From: a virus
Reading direction: 5' to 3' (one strand)
DNA length: 64,000 bases
IMG/VR virus record: IMGVR_UViG_3300048074_000065
Part shown: positions 57,992-64,000 of the stretch, in pieces
Layout of the letters: every line of letters starts with the position of its first letter
Numbering within the stretch: the stretch's first letter is position 1
Position numbers and translations under genes: made by a program
The notes under the pieces: generated by a model
The model's database searches: none
Told to the model about the DNA's origin: nothing
The model's input: the letters and a program-made list of their open reading frames with translations, nothing else

Positions 57992-58599
57992 GCGGTCACC
58001 CCTTCGAATAACTCATGCTGAACCATCTGCGCATCCCACTGCGCCAGGACTTGCCTGGACGGCTTGTCCAGGGTCGCGTAGGTCAGCGGGCTGCCGATGT
58101 TCAAGCGGAACGTCAGCCAGATAACGGGAAATTGCGCGCTCGACTCGACCCAGGTATGCCCTTCCATCTTAAAGTCCACGCGCTTATCCATCAGGATGAT
58201 CTCCGCCCCATAGCGCCGCATGAGCACCTGGGCCTGCGCCGCGCCAATCATCTCCAATGGGACCAGCAGGGCGAAGGGAAGTTCTAACTCGTAGCAGCGG
58301 GCTAACCAGAGATACTTGACGGAATAGGGGGGATTCGTGACCAGGGCCTCGGCTTCGAAGGGTTGGCAGTCGAAGAAGTTATCCCCCGTCAGCAGGTCAC
58401 TGCCCGCCACGCTGAACCCCTGCGCTTTGAGCGCGCGGACCAGATGTCCTTCCCCGGCGGCGGGTTCCCAGATCGTCCAGGACGGTTTCAGGTAGGGCAG
58501 CAAGGGTTGCAGAGCATAGGGCGGCGTTTGGCAACGGTCGTAGCCATTGGAGACTTTCACATCCCCTTTACTCTGTCGCTTTGGCTTGGGGGCGTTCAT
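57988..58599 (-). CDS. DNA N6-adenine methyltransferase (small, motif I before NPPY)
   Basis: IWEPAAGEGHLVRAL (motif I) and LVTNPPYS (motif IV). Confidence 0.75.
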   Translation of the reverse strand: MNAPKPKRQSKGDVKVSNGYDRCQTPPYALQPLLPYLKPSWTIWEPAAGEGHLVRALKAQGFSVAGSDLLTGDNFFDCQPFEAEALVTNPPYSVKYLWLARCYELELPFALLVPLEMIGAAQAQVLMRRYGAEIILMDKRVDFKMEGHTWVESSAQFPVIWLTFRLNIGSPLTYATLDKPSRQVLAQWDAQMVQHELFEGVTA

Positions 58600-58871
58600 G
58601 CCTGCACCCGCTGGGCGATCACGCTGACCAGCGACAACCCCGGCAGCACGGTGACTTTCTGCTGCGCGTAGGTCTGCCCGTCCAGCGTCCAGTGGGCGGT
58701 ATTACGCATGACGGCGTGATAGCGGCGATGCTGCTGCCAGGGACGGGTATTCCACAGGGTCAGGGATAGGCGGTCGCCGGTCAGCGACCAGTCGGCGAGG
58801 GCGGGGCCAGGGTCGCGATAGGCGAGGCCGCGCAGCGAGCGAACAGCGGGACGGTCGAAAATGCGTTGCAT
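58596..58871 (-). CDS. hypothetical protein (91 aa)
   Basis: ATG at 58871 follows AGAGGAGAAG. Confidence 0.5.
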   Translation of the reverse strand: MQRIFDRPAVRSLRGLAYRDPGPALADWSLTGDRLSLTLWNTRPWQQHRRYHAVMRNTAHWTLDGQTYAQQKVTVLPGLSLVSVIAQRVQA

Positions 58872-58890
58872 TCCACACTTCTCCTCTAAA

Positions 58891-60327
58891 CTAATCCCGC
58901 CCATAGACCAGCGGGAGGTCTAACTCTTCATGGCTTTCAACGGCGGGCAGTTCGGTTTTGGGATCATGCGTAATCGACACCGTGGTGCGCCGCAGGTTGC
59001 CGACCAGCATCCGTTCCTTCATAAAGTAGGCCGGGATAGTGCCGGTGGGTCCGTTGCGGTGTTTGGCGACATCCAACTCGACCACGTTGGGTTGGGTCGT
59101 ATTTTCATCGTAATAATCATCGCGGTACAGCAAAATCACCACGTCGGCATCCTGCTCAATCGCGCCGCTCTCTTTGAGGTGGTGCAGCGAGGGGCGCTTA
59201 TCTTTCTGCCCTTCCACTTCCCGGTTGAGCTGCGCCGCCGCGATGACGGGGATGTGGAGTTCCTTGGCCAGCGCCTTGAGACCGCCCGAAATCAGCGCCA
59301 CTTCTTCGGCCCGACTGTTGCCGCGTCCATCCCCCGCCATGAGTTGCAGGTAATCGACCATCACGAAATCCAGGGGCTTCTGGTTGTCGTAGCGCTTGGC
59401 AATGGCGCGCAGGGCGGGCAGGGTCAGGGCCGGGGTTTCGTCGATGAGCAGCGACCAGGACTTTTTGAACACCATGGTCTGCGCATCCAGCAGGGCCTTT
59501 TCATCGGGCTTGACGCGCCCGGTGCGCTGCTGCTGGACGGTGACGCCCGTTTCGATGCACAACAAGCGCTGGACGCACTGCTTTTTGGGCATCTCCATCG
59601 ACAACAGCAGCCCGTGCTTCTTTTCCTCTTTGACCATGTGGGTGATCATCGACATGATCAGGGCTGACTTGCCCATGCCCGGACGCCCGGCCAGGACGAT
59701 GAAATCCGCCGGTTGAAACCCCCCCGTCAGGTTGTCCAGGTCGATGATGCCGGACTTCAACCCGCTGCACCCGTTGAGGATGGCCTGGTCCACGTCGTCG
59801 AGCACGTCGTCGGCAATATCCCCGATGCTCTGCGTGCCCTCGTTGGGGTTGCTGGTGACGGAGACGGTGGCCACGGCGGTTTCGCAGTCGGCGACCACCT
59901 CTTCGATGGGCTTGCTTTCGTCGTAGGCCAGTTGGGCGATGCGGCTGGCAGCATTCAAGAGACGGCGACGGGTGGCCTTGTTGTAGATGTTCATGCCATA
60001 GGTGAAGGCGGCGGACCGGTCCATGACGGAGAACAGGCCCTCCTGGGAGTTGATCAGGCGGGTCAGGTAGGGCCAGCCGCCCACTTCGTCCAGGCGTCCA
60101 TCGGCTTTGAGTTGTTCGCCCACGGTGGTGTAGGTGATTTTTTCACCCCGTCCGGCAATGCGCAGCGCCGCGTCGAATATCCAGCCATGCCGCGTGACGA
60201 AAAAGTCGTCGCTGGTGAGTTTGGCCGGGAGGGCGTACACATTGTCGGACTCCACGATCAGGGCTTCGAGCAGCCGTTCTTCGCTCTCCTGGGCGTGGAG
60301 CATGGGGATGGGAGTCGGCGTCGTCAT
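58891..60327 (-). CDS. dnaB: replicative DNA helicase DnaB
   Basis: 478 aa. Walker A GRPGMGKSALIM. Blocks DYLQLM and SRAEEV..ISGGLKALAKEL..PVIAAAQLNR. ATGA overlap with the upstream gene. Confidence 0.85.
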   Translation of the reverse strand: MTTPTPIPMLHAQESEERLLEALIVESDNVYALPAKLTSDDFFVTRHGWIFDAALRIAGRGEKITYTTVGEQLKADGRLDEVGGWPYLTRLINSQEGLFSVMDRSAAFTYGMNIYNKATRRRLLNAASRIAQLAYDESKPIEEVVADCETAVATVSVTSNPNEGTQSIGDIADDVLDDVDQAILNGCSGLKSGIIDLDNLTGGFQPADFIVLAGRPGMGKSALIMSMITHMVKEEKKHGLLLSMEMPKKQCVQRLLCIETGVTVQQQRTGRVKPDEKALLDAQTMVFKKSWSLLIDETPALTLPALRAIAKRYDNQKPLDFVMVDYLQLMAGDGRGNSRAEEVALISGGLKALAKELHIPVIAAAQLNREVEGQKDKRPSLHHLKESGAIEQDADVVILLYRDDYYDENTTQPNVVELDVAKHRNGPTGTIPAYFMKERMLVGNLRRTTVSITHDPKTELPAVESHEELDLPLVYGRD

Positions 60328-61277
60328 GCGATGTCCTTTTCTGCCGGGGCCATACAGCGCGGGCACGGCATCATCGAGTTGTAGTCTGGGTGACCATACG
60401 GGACGGCAGGCTTGACGTGACCGGCACCGCCACAGACGGGACAGTGCGCGTCGGGCTTACGGGCGGTGAAAACTGTCTGCTGATGCGCTTTCACCCAGGG
60501 GTAAAAATGTTTCACGAACGTCTCAAATCCCTGGGGAACATCGGCGGACTTGTATTGCTGCTTCCAGTCCTCGGCAAACTTCTTGAAATGCTCCAGTTGA
60601 ACCGGAACGTCGCAACCGTCAATAGTTCGACTGTTCCCGTTTTTGCCGATCACTACGTCCTTGCCAAGCGACCAGGACCAAATACGCCCTGCTTGGGCCG
60701 CCACCGCACTGGCGCTGGGAGTGCCTGGCTTCTGCCCAAAAATATGCTCTGAAATGGCATCAATCCAGGGGTTTGGCTTGCGTTGGCGTTTGGGCTTTTC
60801 AGCGGGCGACCCACACTGATCCTGCTTTTTAGGATCAGTAGAGAGAGTCTCAGTAAAGGTGCTGCCAACTTGGATAGAGAGTGATTCCAACTTGGTATCA
60901 CCCCCCTCCTGGGGTTCGGTGGTCACTTGGTCCAATTTCGAGTAGTCGATGCTATACCAATTTCGGCACCCGCCCTTAGCTTTGGGTTCCGCCACTTCCT
61001 TGCGCAAGAGCACGCCAGATTCTTCCAGTTCGGCAATAGTGCGCCGAATGGTTTGTACGGACCAGAACGGGAAGTTGTCTTTCTTCCAATCGGCGTAGCT
61101 TCCATACGTCCACCAATGCCCCTCAAAGAACTTGGTTTCATCGTGGGCCTTCTCAGCCAATTTGATCCAGAAATGAATCTGCTGGAGCAAGATGCTCGCG
61201 TTGAGACCGATCTTACAGGCCAGCGTTGGGCAGACTTGCAGGGGTTGTTCGTCAATTAGAAGTTTGTTGGTAGCCAT
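60324..61277 (-). CDS. replication initiator/replisome organizer (winged-helix N-domain, C-terminal zinc ribbon)
   Basis: WWTYGSYADWKKDNFPFWSVQTIRRTIAELEESGVLL resembles phage replisome-organizer N-domains. C-terminal CPVCGG...CPRC. It precedes dnaB. Confidence 0.5.
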   Translation of the reverse strand: MATNKLLIDEQPLQVCPTLACKIGLNASILLQQIHFWIKLAEKAHDETKFFEGHWWTYGSYADWKKDNFPFWSVQTIRRTIAELEESGVLLRKEVAEPKAKGGCRNWYSIDYSKLDQVTTEPQEGGDTKLESLSIQVGSTFTETLSTDPKKQDQCGSPAEKPKRQRKPNPWIDAISEHIFGQKPGTPSASAVAAQAGRIWSWSLGKDVVIGKNGNSRTIDGCDVPVQLEHFKKFAEDWKQQYKSADVPQGFETFVKHFYPWVKAHQQTVFTARKPDAHCPVCGGAGHVKPAVPYGHPDYNSMMPCPRCMAPAEKDIA

Positions 61278-61281
61278 CGTG

Positions 61282-61626
61282 TTACCTCTTAAAGACCGTG
61301 ACGGTCTTGATATGCTTGGCCTGGAGCGCCAAGTCAATCGTGCCCTTCGTGCCGCGCGACTCGCCGTCCCAGAACGCGACCACTTCCTGCGCCGCGTCCA
61401 CGATCTGGCGATTGCGGATCATGCCCGCCGACTTGCCGAAGCGGTCCCAGTCGGGCAGAAAGACGACGACAGATAACCCGCGTGCTTCAGCGTAACCCGC
61501 CGCGATGCTATCCACGCCCTGCGCACCGCCCGATATGATGATGGTCCCCGCTGGGAGCGCGTCGATGTACGCCATGATGCGCAGGTGGTCTGTCCAGGTG
61601 CGACTGCCGACAATCGCGATCTTCAT
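61282..61626 (-). CDS. SLOG/DUF2493-like protein
   Basis: 114 aa. The pattern KIAIVGSR...ISGGAQGVDSIAAGYAEARGL is typical of DprA/LOG-like SLOG domains. Confidence 0.5.
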   Translation of the reverse strand: MKIAIVGSRTWTDHLRIMAYIDALPAGTIIISGGAQGVDSIAAGYAEARGLSVVVFLPDWDRFGKSAGMIRNRQIVDAAQEVVAFWDGESRGTKGTIDLALQAKHIKTVTVFKR

Positions 61627-61847
61627 GCCCCCTCCCCCCGCTCGACCGTCTCCATCGCCCTCCGCCACGCGCCCCAGCTCGCCGGATCGTCGCCGCGCGA
61701 CTGAAGGACGAGGTACGCTTGGCAGACGGTGGTGTACAACTGGGCGTCCGTGAGATGCAGGTGCGCGACGCCCGCGCGGGTCAGGTCCTCGCGGATCGCG
61801 TGCAAGTCGTGGCTGATGTCGTGGAGGGTGTGGTAGATGGCGCTCAT
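61623..61847 (-). CDS. hypothetical protein (74 aa)
   Basis: GAGGA RBS and ATGA overlap. Confidence 0.5.
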   Translation of the reverse strand: MSAIYHTLHDISHDLHAIREDLTRAGVAHLHLTDAQLYTTVCQAYLVLQSRGDDPASWGAWRRAMETVERGEGA

Positions 61848-62032
61848 GGCTCAATCCTCATGGTTGCGAATGACTGGCGGCATGTTCCACATCGGAAAAG
61901 GCGCGATTTGTATACCACGCGCCCGAACTGGTCGAAAATGGTGACGGTATCCTCCGTTTTCAGAAGCCGCCGTTGACATTTAGGACAATGCTCAACCACC
62001 GCAATGGGCACTTCGGTATTGAGGTTGCTCAT
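61844..62032 (-). CDS. zinc-ribbon protein (62 aa)
   Basis: CPKC...CGTC with ATGA overlaps. Confidence 0.5.
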   Translation of the reverse strand: MSNLNTEVPIAVVEHCPKCQRRLLKTEDTVTIFDQFGRVVYKSRLFRCGTCRQSFATMRIEP

Positions 62033-62412
62033 GACTTTTCCTCCAGGACCGTGCGCTTGTGGACTTCGCAGCGCCGCGTATTCTGAACGATATACTTGGC
62101 CGTTGCGCCGCAGACGATGCACGGATTGCCGTCCATATCGGTGGGTCCACTCTTCGGGCTGCCGTCCAGGTTGATCGGCTCACCCTCCTCGTCCAGCCGC
62201 ACGAGGCTGCCCGACCACGTGAGTTCGTAGATGTCCTCGCGGTCGGGGTCGGCGATCTGCGCCAGCAGGTATTGCATGGTGCGCAGGGCGTCGCGGTGGT
62301 TCATCGTCACCCGCAGCAGCGCGGGCCAATGCCAGCCGGTGTCGTAGTATTCGCCGCCATTCACCTGGAACGAAAAGTCGCCGTCAGGGTACAGGTTCGG
62401 GTCGTGGTTCAT
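62029..62412 (-). CDS. hypothetical protein (127 aa) with a C-terminal Cys/His cluster
   Basis: ORF track with ATGA overlap. CIVCG...CEVH. Confidence 0.55.
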   Translation of the reverse strand: MNHDPNLYPDGDFSFQVNGGEYYDTGWHWPALLRVTMNHRDALRTMQYLLAQIADPDREDIYELTWSGSLVRLDEEGEPINLDGSPKSGPTDMDGNPCIVCGATAKYIVQNTRRCEVHKRTVLEEKS

Positions 62413-62636
62413 TCTGTTATGCTCACATTCGATGTCCCAGACATCCCAGCTTCGAGTTTGTGGAACGCCTCACTGGCTTTGTGTTCATCGGCAAATTCAA
62501 GGACGAGGAGTTCGTGAGGTCGGATGACAATCTCAAGCATCGTGAACTTCCCCGATTTCTCCCACGTGTGAGCTTGCGCGATCTGATCCGACGAGAGAAG
62601 ATAGGAGCGTCCTGTTTTGGCGTGGATGGTGATCAT
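62409..62636 (-). CDS. hypothetical protein (75 aa)
   Basis: ATG at 62636 follows GGGGAGGG. Confidence 0.5.
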   Translation of the reverse strand: MITIHAKTGRSYLLSSDQIAQAHTWEKSGKFTMLEIVIRPHELLVLEFADEHKASEAFHKLEAGMSGTSNVSITE

Positions 62637-62767
62637 AGACGCCCTCCCCATTTCCCATACTTCCCCGGACGACGCTTGGCCTTGACATCGGCCTCACTGC
62701 GTCGGCGGTCGCGTTCCTTCTTGTCCATCCAGAAGACGATGGTTACGGGTCTCAGATGTCCTATCAT
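62633..62767 (-). CDS. 44-aa basic protein
   Basis: ATG at 62767 follows GGAGGAGAG. ATGA overlap with the downstream gene. Confidence 0.4.
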   Translation of the reverse strand: MIGHLRPVTIVFWMDKKERDRRRSEADVKAKRRPGKYGKWGGRL

Positions 62768-62956
62768 GCTCTCCTCCAGGGAATAAAAAACGCCCACTGT
62801 TTTCTGTCGGCTGCGGGCACAGGTGTCGGGGGCTAACCGACAATGGTGCAACCGCCAGAGAACAATCGGCGTTCTTTCTTATCCTGTGCCCGTACACCAA
62901 ATACCTTCGAGTTTTGGTGCTCAACCGCTAGCCAGGCGGTTACTCGATGTAAGACT

Positions 62957-62985
62957 AGAATACTCTCTATTGGCGTTCCGGTCAA
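62957..62985 (-). promoter_or_regulatory. sigma70-type promoter, TTGACC-17-TATTCT
   Basis: Minus strand: -35 at 62985-62980 and -10 at 62962-62957. It lies in the 279-nt gap and would leave a leader of about 185 nt. Confidence 0.5.
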
Positions 62986-63046
62986 CCCCCAATCGCCCGT
63001 CCGTCGAAAACTGGTGCGATTTACGCCGGACGATTGGAGGAATCCG

Positions 63047-64000
63047 TCAACTATTGGTGGTTTTCAGTCGATCTTCAATCATCGGCCACAGTTTCGGCCC
63101 GATGTCCTGACCGTCCAGCCGGTTGAACAGCAGCGGTGCAATGTCCCGGTGGTTGGCCATCACCCAGATCGCGAACTCTTTGCGGGTGTCTTTGGGCGCT
63201 TCTCGATAGGCCAGGTCCACCGCATGACGAATGGCGTCATACTCGACGCGCACCTGGGCTTCCCAGATCGCCACCTGTTCTGCAAATTCTTCTGGCAACT
63301 CCGCCTTCATGTGGTCGAGTGTGTTCTCTCGGATGGCTTGCAAGACGGATTTCAGAGAGAGTCCGGTGATGAGACGGTGCAGCTCCAGGTAGCGGTCGCC
63401 TTTAATCTTCCATCGACTGCCGTCCGACATCTCAATGACCCAACCCTCATGTTCGCCGTCCAGGGTTCCTGCCGCTTCCAGGATGGCAGCAATGTTGTTG
63501 AAGGCGCAGACCTGGGGCGTGCCAAATCCGTACTTCCAGGCCAGCTCCGTGACGCCAGTATTGCGTCCCATCGGAAAGAACGGCAGATAGCGACCGTTGA
63601 AGCGGTTGCGCGCGGCCAGCAGCACGAGGTCTTCGAGGTCGCCGTAGTCCAGCACGACACGATTTTCTGGGTAGATGATCTCGAACAGCAGGGTCAGCGC
63701 CGGGTCCAGGTCGGACAGGTCCCAGCCTTTCAGGAACTCGGTGGCCCACAGCGCTTGCTCCCCGGTGAAACTGCCGCGCGTGGCGATGCGAAAGCCGGAG
63801 TCGGTGCGGTAGAGGATGCCGAGTGACCCATCCATTTTCTCGGTGCAGGTGTCAATGTGACCGGTGCCTTTCAGCCCGCGTTCGCCCCAGTTGAAGAACT
63901 TGTCGAAGGGGCGGGCGACGACTTCACCGGTCACGCGGTTGAGGATCAGCCCGCGCGACATGACTTCGAACGGTCGTTCCCAGGTGGCATCACGGTCATA
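63047..64000 (-). CDS. ATP-dependent RNA ligase (Rnl1-like), 5' end beyond the right edge
   Basis: Motif I EKMDGSL, motif III FEIIYPENRVVLDY, and motifs IV/V HEGWVIEMSDGSRWKIKGDRY. The frame stays open upstream of the listed Met to position 64000. Confidence 0.65.
   Translation of the reverse strand, partial: YDRDATWERPFEVMSRGLILNRVTGEVVARPFDKFFNWGERGLKGTGHIDTCTEKMDGSLGILYRTDSGFRIATRGSFTGEQALWATEFLKGWDLSDLDPALTLLFEIIYPENRVVLDYGDLEDLVLLAARNRFNGRYLPFFPMGRNTGVTELAWKYGFGTPQVCAFNNIAAILEAAGTLDGEHEGWVIEMSDGSRWKIKGDRYLELHRLITGLSLKSVLQAIRENTLDHMKAELPEEFAEQVAIWEAQVRVEYDAIRHAVDLAYREAPKDTRKEFAIWVMANHRDIAPLLFNRLDGQDIGPKLWPMIEDRLKTTNS

Noticed and set aside
62768-62830. A hairpin plus T-run (revcomp of 62783-62815, followed by TTTTTT) as an attenuator in the 185-nt leader.
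   Set aside because: The stem is only about 6 bp including a G-U pair, with a 15-nt loop. This is too weak to call without a folding calculation.

Overview
The window reads as most of a tailed dsDNA phage genome of siphovirus type. It is roughly 60% GC, with GGAGG-type ribosome-binding sites and many ATGA or TGATG start/stop overlaps. I saw no rRNA, tRNA, CRISPR array, integrase or repressor.

Layout:
1. 1-6167 (minus strand): an operon of about 15 small unknown ORFs. It is driven by a consensus promoter at 6231-6259 and is saturated with an oriented AATCTAA motif (TTAGATT on the plus strand).
2. 6168-6386: a divergent control region.
3. 6387-48432 (plus strand), in order:
- TerS-like protein and an HNH endonuclease.
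- An operon with two Zn-ribbon proteins, a TerL-ATPase paralog and two beta-class DNA methyltransferases.
- TerL and the portal.
- A 14-kb island of glycosyltransferases, GDP-mannose-type sugar enzymes, methyltransferases and two extra HNH genes.
- A promoter-short transcript-terminator unit.
- Scaffold/protease, decoration protein, major capsid protein and one more glycosyltransferase.
- Head-tail and tail genes, including a 1094-aa tape measure and a 945-aa tail protein with two discoidin-like segments.
- A sortase-like gene, a CBM-like fibre protein and a metallophosphoesterase.
- A lysis-type cassette.
4. 48429-64000 (minus strand): replication and DNA-modification genes. These include a C5 methyltransferase, an ASCH protein, an Ea22-like protein, a GNAT-TGT/DpdA-like fusion, an N6A methyltransferase, DnaB, a replication organizer, a SLOG protein and an RNA ligase that runs off the right edge.

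Most notable observations:
- The glycosylation island sits inside the head module.
- A sortase-like gene lies next to a small protein carrying an LAxTG-like IANTG motif, in the tail-fibre region.
- There are 20 co-oriented TTAGATT copies in the first 4.7 kb.
- The GNAT-TGT/DpdA-like fusion is a candidate DNA base-exchange enzyme.
- A lambda PR'/6S/tR'-like unit sits directly in front of the head genes.

All functional calls come from motifs I recognised by eye. No database search was run.
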